This document shows, one piece after another, positions 1-8,887 of a stretch of 64,000 nt of DNA; position 1 is the stretch's first letter; each line of letters begins with the position of its first letter. Origin of the DNA: an uncultured Thermoleophilia bacterium. Its GTDB lineage: Bacteria; Actinomycetota; Thermoleophilia; UBA2241. Below the pieces are notes generated by a model, which saw only the letters and a list, made by a program, of their open reading frames with translations, was not told where the DNA came from and made no database searches. Location of the stretch: positions 1 to 64,000 of the forward strand of contig CAVPCT010000006.1 of NCBI GenBank assembly GCA_963702475.1, read 5' to 3'. Position numbers and translations under genes: made by a program.

Positions 1-2
1 GC

Positions 3-1439
3 AAGAGCGGCGGCTTCAGGCTCGAGGTGTTCACCGACGACGAGCTGCGCGAGATCCACCTCGCGACGCTGGAGGTCCTCGGAGAGACCGGTGTCTTCGT
101 GGAGGACGCGGAGGCGCAGGACATCTTCGAGGCGGCCGGCGCCGAGGTCGACCGCGACAAGCAGGTGGTGCGCATCCCTGCGCACCTCGTGGAGGACGCG
201 GTCCGCTCGGCGCCGCCCAAGGTCGTGCTGTGCGGCCGCGATCCCGCCCGCGACGTGGTGCTCGAAGACGGGCGCGTCGGCTTCACCAACTTCGGCGAGG
301 GCATCCAGGTCGTCGACCCGTACAGCGGCGAGCTGCACGAGTCGCTGAAGCAGGACGTCGCCGACTGCACGCGCCTCATCGACGCCCTGCCGGAGATCGA
401 CGTCGTGGAACGGCCGCTTGGCGCCCACGACGTGCCGCAAGACGTGGCCGCCCTGCACAACGCTGAGGCCATCTTCAGCAACACGACGAAGCACGCGACG
501 ATCGGGCCGCTGACCGGTTTCTGCGCGAAGAAGATGATCGACATGGCGGCGGCCATCGCCGGCGGGCATGCAGGGCTCCGCCGCCGGCCCATCCTCTCGT
601 TCCTCACCTGCCCGGTGAGCCCGCTCAAGCTGGTCGACGACGTCTGCCGCATCATCATCGAGGGCGCTCGCGCCGGCGTGCCGGTGAACGTGCTCTCCAT
701 GGCCATGGCCGGCGGCTCGTCGCCGGTGAGCCTGGCGGGGACGCTGGTCGGCCACAACGCCGAGGTGCTCGGCGGCATCACGCTGGCGCAGCTCACGAAG
801 CGCGGCGCGCCGGTCATCTACGGGTCGTCCACCACGGCCCTGGACCTGCGCTTCGCCAGCGCCTCCGTCGGCAGCCCCGAGTGCGGCATGATCGGCGCCG
901 GCGTCGCCTGCCTGGCGCGCTACTACCTGCTGCCCAGCTGGGTCGCCGGTGCGTAGGGCGACTCCAAAGTCTCGGACGCCCAATCCGGCCACGAGAAGAC
1001 GATCACCAGCCTGCTGCCGGCATTGGCAGGGGCCAACCTGATCTACGGGCTGGGGATGCTGGAGTCGGGCGTCACGATCGATTACGCGCAGCTCGTCATG
1101 GACGCGGAGTTCGCGCGCATGGTGAAGTACTGCGTGCCGGGCATCCCGGTGACCGACGCCACGCTCTCCGTGGACGTCATCGCCGAGGTGGGGCCGTTCA
1201 GCGACTTCCTCGCGCACCAGGACACCTTCAACGGCATGAGGACGCAGTCCAGCAGCAGGCTCATCGACCGCCGGGTCCGCGAGGAGTGGGCCGCCGACGG
1301 GTCGTCGACGCTGTACGACCGCGCGCTCATGGAGGCGCGCCACATCCTCGAGACGCACCGGCCGACGCCGCTGCCAGACAGCGTCGCTGCAGAACTTAAG
1401 TCGATTATCGCTGCCGCGGAACGAGAAGTCGGCGTGTAA
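3..1439 (+). CDS. mttB: Pyrrolysine-containing trimethylamine:corrinoid methyltransferase (5' end outside window; in-frame TAG at 954-956)
   Basis: ORFs 27-956 and 1023-1439 share a frame separated by one TAG. Readthrough gives LPSWVAGA-O-GDSKVSDAQSGHEKT...GANLIYGLGMLE, matching the Pyl motif of MttB. Frame is open from position 3 and ends in TAA. Confidence 0.93.
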
Positions 1440-1591
1440 GAGGCGCATCATATGGTATAGAGTTCGGTGCGGCGGGCTGTGAAGCGCACATCGCCGCAAC
1501 GGCCGTTGTGCGCCGCCCACGTGTACCGGCGCCGCCGCCGTCCCCCGCGGCGGCGCCGGTGCTACCTCGAGCGACGTACCAGGAGACGACC

Positions 1592-3028
1592 ATGGCAGAG
1601 AGCAGCAGAGAGATCGGCACCGGCTTCGTCTCCTTCCTGAGCGACGAGCAGAAGCGCCGCGTCTACGAGACGGCGCTCGGCATCGTCGCCGACATGGGCA
1701 TGGTCGTCCTGCACGAAGAGGGCGAGCAGGTCATGCTCGACGGCGGCTGCACCAAGGACGCGGACGGTCGCGTGCACGTGACGCGCGCCCTCGTCGAGCA
1801 GGCGCGCGCGTCGGTGCCGTCGAGCTTCGTGGTCTACGACCGCGACGGCGCGCCGGCCATGGACCTCGGCGGCCGGCGCTCCTACTTCGGCAACGGCTCA
1901 GACGTCATGCACCTGCACGACCTGGAGACCGGCGAGCGCCGCCTCGGCCGCCTGTCCGACGTCGCCGAGGCGGCCCGTCTGTGCGACGCGCTGCCCGAGA
2001 TCGACTTCGTCATGTCGGGCAGCTACCCCGACGGCATGGACGCGAAGGAGGCGTACCCGCGCCAGTTCCGCGCCATGATCCCGGCCACCACCAAGCCGCT
2101 GGTCATGACGGCCGGCGGCGTGGAGACCGTGGAGCCCATGTGGCGGATGGCCTGCGAGGTCCGCGGCGGCGAGGCCGCCCTGCGCGAGAAGCCGTACTTC
2201 ATCATGTACAACCAGCCGGTCACGCCGCTCAAGCACCCGTTCGAGACCGTCGACAAGCTGCTCTTCTGCGCCGACAAGGGCGTGCCGAGCACATACTGCC
2301 CGTCACCGGTCGCCGGTGGCACCGCGCCGATCACCACCGCCGGGCAGATCACGCTGGGGGTGGCCGAGGCACTGTTCGGCCTCGTCCTGCACCAGCTGCG
2401 GGCGCCGGGGGCCCCGTTCGTCATCGGGCAGGGCCCCAACACGCTCGACATGGCCACTTCGCAGTCGTCGTACAACTCGCCGGAGTTCGTGCGCGCCTAC
2501 GCCTGCGAGGTGGAGATGGCCAAGTGGCTGGACATCCCCAACTGGGGCTTCGCCGGACACACCGACGCACAGGTGGTGGACGCCCAGGCCGGTATGGAGG
2601 CCGACGAGCTCATCAAGCTCTCCATGCAGCTGGGCGCCAACCTCAACCACGACGTCGGCTACATGGACTTCGGGCTCTCCGGCTCGCTCGCCGAGGTCGT
2701 CCTGGCGGCTGAGTTCATCGCTCGTGACCGGCAGCTGCTCGCCGAGATCGAGGTCTCGGACGAGACGCTGGCCGTGGACGTGATCGCGGCCGTCGGCCCG
2801 GGCGGCGACTTCCTCGGCCAGCGGCACACGCGGCGCCACCTGCGCAGCAGCCAGTGGCGCAGCAAGCTGCTGAACCGCGCCAGCTACGACCGTTGGTACG
2901 CGGGCGGCGCGACCGACGCGACCGAGAAGGCGCGTCTGCGCGCGCTCGAGCTGCTGAAGACCCACGAGGCCCCGGCGCTCGACGCTGGCCTCGTTGCGCG
3001 GCTCGACGCGGTGGTGCCATCGCGCTGA
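1592..3028 (+). CDS. Non-Pyl MttB-family methyltransferase (His at the Pyl-equivalent position)
   Basis: AGGAG RBS before ATG 1592; MttB-like throughout (LCDALPEIDF, GGTAPIT, IPNWGFAGHTDAQVVDAQAG, VGPGGDFL). Confidence 0.88.
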   Translation: MAESSREIGTGFVSFLSDEQKRRVYETALGIVADMGMVVLHEEGEQVMLDGGCTKDADGRVHVTRALVEQARASVPSSFVVYDRDGAPAMDLGGRRSYFGNGSDVMHLHDLETGERRLGRLSDVAEAARLCDALPEIDFVMSGSYPDGMDAKEAYPRQFRAMIPATTKPLVMTAGGVETVEPMWRMACEVRGGEAALREKPYFIMYNQPVTPLKHPFETVDKLLFCADKGVPSTYCPSPVAGGTAPITTAGQITLGVAEALFGLVLHQLRAPGAPFVIGQGPNTLDMATSQSSYNSPEFVRAYACEVEMAKWLDIPNWGFAGHTDAQVVDAQAGMEADELIKLSMQLGANLNHDVGYMDFGLSGSLAEVVLAAEFIARDRQLLAEIEVSDETLAVDVIAAVGPGGDFLGQRHTRRHLRSSQWRSKLLNRASYDRWYAGGATDATEKARLRALELLKTHEAPALDAGLVARLDAVVPSR

Positions 3029-3034
3029 CGGGCG

Positions 3035-3109
3035 GCGCGCGGCGACCTGAGTCGCGCTCGTCAGCGGAGGCGCTCGGCTCGCTCCGTGATGCCGAGCAGC
3101 ATGTGGCGC
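3035..3109. repeat. Imperfect 75-bp direct repeat, copy 1 (duplicate of the 3' end of the gene at 3935-4570)
   Basis: Aligns without gaps to 3909-3983 with about 7 mismatches by eye; minus strand reads RHMLLGITERAERLR* versus RRMLLGIKERAERLR*. Confidence 0.9.
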
Positions 3110-3133
3110 CGTGAGCGGTGCTATCCTCCGACC

Positions 3134-3349
3134 GTGGACCCCAAGCCGCGGCCGAACCGTCAGCTCTATCTCGAGGTGCTTCGCCGGCTGACGCCGGAGC
3201 AGCGCCTGCTCAAGGCCTTGGAGCTCACGGAGCTCTCACGTGAGCTCCTGCGTGCCGGCCTGAGACGACGGTATCCCGAGGCGGGCGAGGCGGAGCTGCA
3301 GAGGCTTTTCCTGGAGCGGCTGGCGAGATGTCGCAGCAGGACCTGCTGA
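3134..3349 (+). CDS. Small helical protein, MenA1 (Rv0078B)-like antitoxin
   Basis: Leaderless TATCCT-N6-GTG; EQRLLKALELTELSRELLRAGLRRRYPEA resembles MenA1; overlaps the downstream nucleotidyltransferase. Confidence 0.65.
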   Translation: MDPKPRPNRQLYLEVLRRLTPEQRLLKALELTELSRELLRAGLRRRYPEAGEAELQRLFLERLARCRSRTC

Positions 3350-3894
3350 CCGGCATCGTCGAAGCGCTGGATGGTGCCGCGATCCCCTATCTGCTCACGG
3401 GGTCGCTCGCTTCCAGCCTGCAGGGCGAGCCCCGGGCGACGCATGACATCGATCTCGTTATCGATGTCAGCCCGGAGGGCGTCCCGCGACTCGCGGAGGT
3501 GCTGACTTCCCTGGCCCTGTTCGTCGACGACCTCGCGGTCGCCGATGCGGTGCGCAGGCGAGGCATGTTCAACGTCATCGATCCCGCGACGGGGGACAAG
3601 GCGGACTTCTGGCTCGTGACGGACGATCCGTTCGACCGCGAGCGGTTCGTGCGACGCACGACGATCGCCGCCCTCGGCGCGCACATCAGCGTGTCGACGG
3701 CGGAGGACACTATCCTGCAGAAGCTGCGGTGGTCGGCGCTTTCGGGGGGCAGCGAGAAGCAGCTGGCCGACGCGGCCGGGGTCTACGACCTCCAGACGGG
3801 CACGCTGGATGAGACGTATCTCGACACCTGGGCCGAGCGGCTCGGCGTCTCGGCGGCGCTGTGCTCGCTGCGCGAACGGGCTGCGCCGGGCTGA
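3328..3894 (+). CDS. Nucleotidyltransferase, MenT1-like toxin
   Basis: GSLASSLQGEPRATHDIDLV (GS...DxD) motif and EDTILQKL...KQLADA C-terminal motif. Confidence 0.75.
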   Translation: MSQQDLLTGIVEALDGAAIPYLLTGSLASSLQGEPRATHDIDLVIDVSPEGVPRLAEVLTSLALFVDDLAVADAVRRRGMFNVIDPATGDKADFWLVTDDPFDRERFVRRTTIAALGAHISVSTAEDTILQKLRWSALSGGSEKQLADAAGVYDLQTGTLDETYLDTWAERLGVSAALCSLRERAAPG

Positions 3895-3908
3895 CGGCCG
3901 CCCGTCTT

Positions 3909-3983
3909 GCGCGCAGCGACCTGAGTCGCGCCTCTCAGCGGAGGCGCTCGGCCCGCTCCTTGATGCCGAGCAGCATGCGGCGC
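3909..3983. repeat. Imperfect 75-bp direct repeat, copy 2
   Basis: Partner of 3035-3109; contains the stop codon of the 3935-4570 gene and a GCGAC-CTGA-GTCGC hairpin. Confidence 0.9.
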
Positions 3984-4570
3984 GCCATCGGCGGGTCGCC
4001 GAGCTCCATGAACAAGGTCCAGAGGAGGTTCGCCGGGCACGCCCTGATGCGCAGCACCAGCCGAGTTCGCCCGTGCTGGTCGGGTGTGAGGAGCCAGGAC
4101 CACGTGCTGTCGGGCTTCTCCCAGAGCAGCCAGGCCGGCTTCTCGAACGCCTTGACCTTGAAGGCGTCGGACTCGTTCAGCGGCAGCTCCACCCACAGGA
4201 GGCCGTTCATGTTGAAGGCCCAGTCTCCCACCGCGATGTCCTGGTACTCCTCAAGGACGGTGTCGGCGCTCGGATACCCCGCGTTGTCGACCACGTCGTA
4301 GGTGTAGAACCCGGCACGGCGGTATCCCATCTGGACGATCCAGGGCCACACGTTCTCGGGCGGGGCGTCGATCGTGATCGCGCGCGTCGCGGTGAAGGAC
4401 GAGCGGGACACGAGATCGTCTCCTGCCATGGGGGCGCTCACCTCGGCGTCGGTGGCGCCCCAGCGCATGTGCCACTGCCGGTAGAGAGGCGCGGTGAGGA
4501 AGAGCGGCAGTGCGCACAGGAGCTCGACGATGCCGCGCCCGATGCAGCGCCGTTCGTTGGTCGTCGACAC
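3935..4570 (-). CDS. SRPBCC-like hypothetical protein
   Basis: WGATDAE...GDDLV...TRAITIDAPPENVWPWIVQMG..RAGFY pattern common in actinobacterial SRPBCC proteins. Confidence 0.7.
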   Translation of the reverse strand: MSTTNERRCIGRGIVELLCALPLFLTAPLYRQWHMRWGATDAEVSAPMAGDDLVSRSSFTATRAITIDAPPENVWPWIVQMGYRRAGFYTYDVVDNAGYPSADTVLEEYQDIAVGDWAFNMNGLLWVELPLNESDAFKVKAFEKPAWLLWEKPDSTWSWLLTPDQHGRTRLVLRIRACPANLLWTLFMELGDPPMARRMLLGIKERAERLR

Positions 4571-4639
4571 GGTGACTCACTTTCTCTGAGGATCGAGGAC
4601 GAGTGACTGGGGTGGCTTGCCGGGGGCGGCCGCCGGGCG

Positions 4640-5581
4640 TCAAACGGGGGTGAGCGGCCGCATCTCGATGGCGTCCGTGCTGCAGCCGGTCGCACACAGG
4701 CCGCAGCCGCGGCACTTCGCCGCCTCGAGCCCGGGGCGACCGTCGCTGCGGCAGACGATTGCCGCGAACGGGCAACGCAGTCCGCAGCGCCCGCAGTCCT
4801 TGCACAGGTCCCTGTCGATGCGGGCGACGTGACGCCGTAGCGGCCACACGTCGCCCGTCTCCAGGCGCTTCGCCGCGAGGTGCGGGTAGCAGCAGTCGGT
4901 GCAGCAGTTGCAGATCGACGTGGCGTCGCCCGGCCGTTCTGCGACGTCCGAGGTGTGTATCAGCCCGGCCTTGTCGGCCTGACGCAGGAGGGCGGCGGCA
5001 CGCTCCCGGGAGATCTCCCAGCCCAGGCCGCGGTCGTTCCTGAAGCGCAGGCAGACGTTCATCGGCTTGCGGCAGCGGGAGACGATGGAGCGACAGTCGC
5101 AGGGCCAGAGGTAGACATGGTCCTGCTCCATGACGATGGCCTCGGCCTGCTCCAGGAGCACGTAGGCATACCGGGCCTCGTACGAGTCGTCCGGGCTGCC
5201 GGCGCACACCGACTGCACGCCGGGACGGATCTTCTCGGCGTAGTAGTCGACGTCCCAGTCCGCCAGCTGCCGGTGGACGGCGAGCGGCACGTCCTTCCAG
5301 CCCTCGAACATGGCCCAGATCTCGAGGCGCTCGTGGAAGGTCGCCGGCGTGTACGCGCCGGCGTCGTCGACGTCGAGCACGGCGCGGCGCACGGCACGCG
5401 CCAGCCGCGCCGCGTCGAAGCCGCCCAGGGCGGCCCGCCAGCCCGCCGTGCCGGCTTCTTCGGCCGCCAGCAGCAGCTCCACGTCGCCCTCGTCGTAGAA
5501 CCTGTCGAGCCACGGCACGATGAAGTCCGGCGCGCCGACGGCCTCTCCGGCTCGCGCCAGGTTCACCTCAGGCCCGGTCAC
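4640..5581 (-). CDS. 4Fe-4S binding protein with extra Cys motifs
   Basis: CDCR...C...C and ICNCCTDCC, plus two C-terminal CxxCxxCxxxC ferredoxin motifs. Confidence 0.8.
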   Translation of the reverse strand: MTGPEVNLARAGEAVGAPDFIVPWLDRFYDEGDVELLLAAEEAGTAGWRAALGGFDAARLARAVRRAVLDVDDAGAYTPATFHERLEIWAMFEGWKDVPLAVHRQLADWDVDYYAEKIRPGVQSVCAGSPDDSYEARYAYVLLEQAEAIVMEQDHVYLWPCDCRSIVSRCRKPMNVCLRFRNDRGLGWEISRERAAALLRQADKAGLIHTSDVAERPGDATSICNCCTDCCYPHLAAKRLETGDVWPLRRHVARIDRDLCKDCGRCGLRCPFAAIVCRSDGRPGLEAAKCRGCGLCATGCSTDAIEMRPLTPV

Positions 5582-5997
5582 TCCTCGAACTCCACGAACG
5601 GCTCGACCTCGAACTCGTCGCCCTCGTCGCCATGGTCGCAGCTCTCGTCGTGCTCGTGTTCGTCATCCGGGAGGATGCTGTACCCGACCGCTTCGTCGTC
5701 CCCGGCCCAGCGCAGCCCTGTGGAGATCGACGCCGTCTCTTCGTGCGGCCAGCTGATCCAGTAGGACATCATGCCGGCCTCCGGCATGGTCCGGACCTCC
5801 ACGCAGCTGTCGAGGTACACCTCCGTGACGCCGACGAGCGTGTCGTCCTCCTCCTTGAGGCGGACGATGAGGGCGCGGAGCTTGTCCAGGGCTGCGTCGA
5901 CGCCCGCGGCCTCGGCGACGCAGGTGAACACGCCGTGCGCGGCGGGATCCTCGTCGGTGGGGGCGGCGCTGAAGGAAAAGTGGCCTAGGTACAGCAT
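5578..5997 (-). CDS. Acidic hypothetical protein, coupled to the Fe-S gene
   Basis: AGGAG RBS before MLYLGHFSF; GTGA overlap with next gene; His/Asp/Glu-rich tail. Confidence 0.65.
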   Translation of the reverse strand: MLYLGHFSFSAAPTDEDPAAHGVFTCVAEAAGVDAALDKLRALIVRLKEEDDTLVGVTEVYLDSCVEVRTMPEAGMMSYWISWPHEETASISTGLRWAGDDEAVGYSILPDDEHEHDESCDHGDEGDEFEVEPFVEFEE

Positions 5998-6125
5998 GGG
6001 CTCGGTCGTCTCCTGTGTCGGTCGTCGGTGCGGCCGTGTCGCTCGGCCATGGCGTCTTGTGGGCCTTCCCGCTCGCCTCCGGCTCGTCTCGTGCGGCAGG
6101 GGCGCTTCCGCATGGTACGACATCC

Positions 6126-6477
6126 GCCGGCGCGGGCGATCCCCACGGGATGCACAACGCCCACGCTCAGTCTGCGGGCATGGGCGGTATGCGGACCGCC
6201 GGAGACCTGGTGGCGCGCATGCAGATGACCCGCGGCTTGAGGTTCCAGGAGGCGAAGGAGTACGTGGCCGGGATGCTCGGAGTCACGCCCCTCGACCTCA
6301 GCGACCCAACGGTGATGACCGACGTGCGCGACGAGCTCGGGCGGGGGAGGATCCACAGCTACGCCATCAGCACGCCGGCTTCAGGCCGACTCTTCCGAGG
6401 CCAGGTCCACGATCGCCCGGGCGCTGGACGTGCCCGCCAACTGCCTGGAGAAGTCCGGGGAGCGGGCCGGGATCTGA
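6126..6477 (+). pseudogene. mtbB: C-terminal remnant of dimethylamine methyltransferase MtbB, frameshifted
   Basis: AGAGDPHGMHNAHAQSAGMGGMRTAGDLVARMQMTRGLRFQEAKEYVAGMLGVTPLDLSDPTVMTDVRDELG matches the post-Pyl part of MtbB; a second frame continues EARSTIARALDVPANCLEKSGERAGI* (TGA 6475-6477). Confidence 0.85.
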
Positions 6478-6515
6478 GCGAGCAGGTGCTCGAGGAGCGG
6501 CACGGACCAGGCGGG

Positions 6516-7622
6516 TCAAGCAGACTCCAGAGGTGGCGCCGCCAGCCCCTCCACGCCCAGCACCTCGCGCAGGCGGTCGTAGCGCCGCCGCTCCACCTTC
6601 TCCACGGCCGGCGTGCCGCTCGTGGAGGCGTAGAAGATGCCGTCGTACGACGGGTCCCCGTCGGCGATCTCGTTGGACGAGGCGATGGCCTTGCGCAGGG
6701 CCGCGAGCATAGGCTGGGGGTCGCGGAGCAGCAGCATGCCTTCGGCGTCCGCCTTTTCGTGGCCGGTGCGCTGCAGGGCGCGGCCCCACACCGTGACGAG
6801 CCAGGTGGCGACCACGATGGCGACCCAGGTCAGCGCCGCCACCAGGGCGACGAACAGGATCACGACGATCGCCCCGGCGCACCCGTCGCTGTCGATGTCC
6901 GAGCATCCGTCGCCGACGTCGGTGCAGCCGTCGGCGGCGAAGCACCCTTGTGCTGCGCATCCGGGATCCAGGGCGCCGGCCGCCTCCTTGGGCGCCTTGC
7001 GCAGCATGCGCAGGTACTTGAGCGGGCCCATCAGGGCGGCCAGCGCGGTGCCGACGAGGATGTCGCCGCGCGTGATGCGCGCCATCAGCATGGCGATCAC
7101 CGCGCGCTGCTCGTCCGGCGTGAAGGTCGTGAGGAACCCGTGCGTCACGCCGATGACCGGCTGCCTGCGGCTGGCGCCGATGGCGCAGGCGTTGACGCTC
7201 GCCACGTCCAGCAGGAGCAGCCGGGGAGGCACCGCCAGCCCGGCGGCGATCGACATCTCCTCCACCGCGCGGGCGAGCGCCGGCTGCTGCCTGGGATCGA
7301 GGTCGGCACCACCGAAGCGGCCGCGCACCCAGTGCTCCGCGTTGAGGATCTGGGCTGCTGCCGCGACGCCCCCGACCAGCAGGAGGAATCCGAACACGAC
7401 CGCCACGACCACGGCCAGCGACGGGTAGTAGCCAGGAGCCGCGACGACCAGCCCGATCAGCGAGCCGGGCACCGCGATGAAGGCGAGGGTCAGGATGAGT
7501 GCGGACCCGGTCACGAAGGCCACGAGGAAGGTGATGTACCGTATGCGGTTGCGGTCCACCCGCACCCACAGCGGCTCCAGGCGGAGCGGACGGTACGGCT
7601 TCGGCGTCGCGGCTGCGCTCAC
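6516..7622 (-). CDS. HtpX/M48-like membrane protein lacking HExxH
   Basis: Two N-terminal TMs, VEEMSIAAGL..P, VNACAIG, GVTHG and EKADAEG motifs; AVIAMLMARITRGD replaces AVxAHExxHxxxGD. Confidence 0.75.
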   Translation of the reverse strand: MSAAATPKPYRPLRLEPLWVRVDRNRIRYITFLVAFVTGSALILTLAFIAVPGSLIGLVVAAPGYYPSLAVVVAVVFGFLLLVGGVAAAAQILNAEHWVRGRFGGADLDPRQQPALARAVEEMSIAAGLAVPPRLLLLDVASVNACAIGASRRQPVIGVTHGFLTTFTPDEQRAVIAMLMARITRGDILVGTALAALMGPLKYLRMLRKAPKEAAGALDPGCAAQGCFAADGCTDVGDGCSDIDSDGCAGAIVVILFVALVAALTWVAIVVATWLVTVWGRALQRTGHEKADAEGMLLLRDPQPMLAALRKAIASSNEIADGDPSYDGIFYASTSGTPAVEKVERRRYDRLREVLGVEGLAAPPLESA

Positions 7623-8860
7623 CGACCCTCGCTGCCGGACGTCGCCCCGACCCAGACCGGCGCCGTCCAGGCCGTCTTCACGTCCAGGAAGAGGACCTTT
7701 GCCCAGACCCGGAGGTAGTAGTAGCGGCCGGGGCGCACCCTTATCCTGGTGGTCCAGTCCAGCGCCGTGCCGTCCCTGGAGCTGGAGGCGACGACCTTGC
7801 CGCCGTTGGTCACCACGTCCAGCCTGCCGATGGTGAGGCCCTTGGCGGCGTCCCTTCCTCGCACGCGCACGGCGATCGTCAGCTTGCCGGTCCTGGCCGG
7901 GATGACGGTGCCCATGACTGCGCCGCCCACGGTGTAGTCCACCAGGAGGCCGTCGAACCTGGTCGCGTAACCCCGCCGCGCCCGCATGGCCTCGTACAGC
8001 GCCTCGGCCGTGAGGTCGGCCGCCAGCAGCGCGGTGCGCTCATCGTTGCCGGTGATCCAGGTCGCGTCGTGCACGTCGCCGTTGGCCGCCGGCATGACGT
8101 GCCAGCCCTTGTCGAGGGCACGTCGGTAGCTGCGCTCGTAGTCGGGGTCGAGGGGGATGCCGCCGTGGTTGACCACCTCGATCATGCTGATGGCGGCGTC
8201 GCGCTCGGCCGTGCGGTGGGCGTAACCGGCGAAGTCCTCGCTGTAGCGCGTGGGGTGGTTCCACTCCGCGATCGCGGCACGTGCGGCGATCCAGTCGTAG
8301 AGCGCCGGGGCGTCCAGGCCGATGGGCGACAGTTCCGTCGTGTCGTAGATGTTGAGGTGGCCGATGGCCGGCTTCACCTCGTAGCCGGGGATGGCCACGA
8401 ACGTGCGGGACGTGGCCGCGGCGGCCGCGCTCTGCGTGCGCGCCCACTCGGCCGCGGTCAGTCCTTCGCGGTGATCGGTGAGCGCCAGGAAGTCGGCGCC
8501 GCCGCGCGCGGCCTGCGCGTAGGCCTTCTCGGGCGTGCCTTTGCCGTCCGAGAAGGCCGTGTGGGCGTGGAGGTCGCCGAAGAAGACGCGGTACACCGGC
8601 GCTGCGGCGCGTACGGGGGCGGCGCCCCGCGAGGCAGCAGCGGGAGAGCCGCCCGCGGCTCGGGTGCCGGCCGGCGCGAGCGCGACGATCAACAGGGCCG
8701 TGGCCAGAGACGTCGTCAGCAGACGGCCGCAGCGCGCGAGCGTCCTGCGGCCGTCTGCGAATCTCAGCGACGCGGCACGACCCTCCACGCCCCCACGATG
8801 AGAGGGCCGCCGTGTCGCGTCAACCTGCCAGGTCGCTTTCACGTGCTCGTCGGCGGCCAC
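7619..8860 (-). CDS. Secreted PHP-type (CehA/McbA-like) metallohydrolase; start uncertain
   Basis: GDLHAHTAFSDG, LTDH, GHLN, WNHP and NGDVH metal motifs; signal-peptide-like hydrophobic stretch; C-terminal AWTAPVW. Confidence 0.8.
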   Translation of the reverse strand: MAADEHVKATWQVDATRRPSHRGGVEGRAASLRFADGRRTLARCGRLLTTSLATALLIVALAPAGTRAAGGSPAAASRGAAPVRAAAPVYRVFFGDLHAHTAFSDGKGTPEKAYAQAARGGADFLALTDHREGLTAAEWARTQSAAAAATSRTFVAIPGYEVKPAIGHLNIYDTTELSPIGLDAPALYDWIAARAAIAEWNHPTRYSEDFAGYAHRTAERDAAISMIEVVNHGGIPLDPDYERSYRRALDKGWHVMPAANGDVHDATWITGNDERTALLAADLTAEALYEAMRARRGYATRFDGLLVDYTVGGAVMGTVIPARTGKLTIAVRVRGRDAAKGLTIGRLDVVTNGGKVVASSSRDGTALDWTTRIRVRPGRYYYLRVWAKVLFLDVKTAWTAPVWVGATSGSEGR

Positions 8861-8887
8861 TCCGAGGAGAGCAGGGCGTGCCGCCGG

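Noticed and set aside
27-1439. mttB as a nonsense pseudogene or two genes
   Set aside because: The only stop is TAG at the Pyl column, both halves are conserved, and the second ORF has only a TTG start with no RBS.
6015-7718. 567-aa plus-strand ORF as a real gene
   Set aside because: Chimera of the mtbB remnant and the antisense of the HtpX-like gene.
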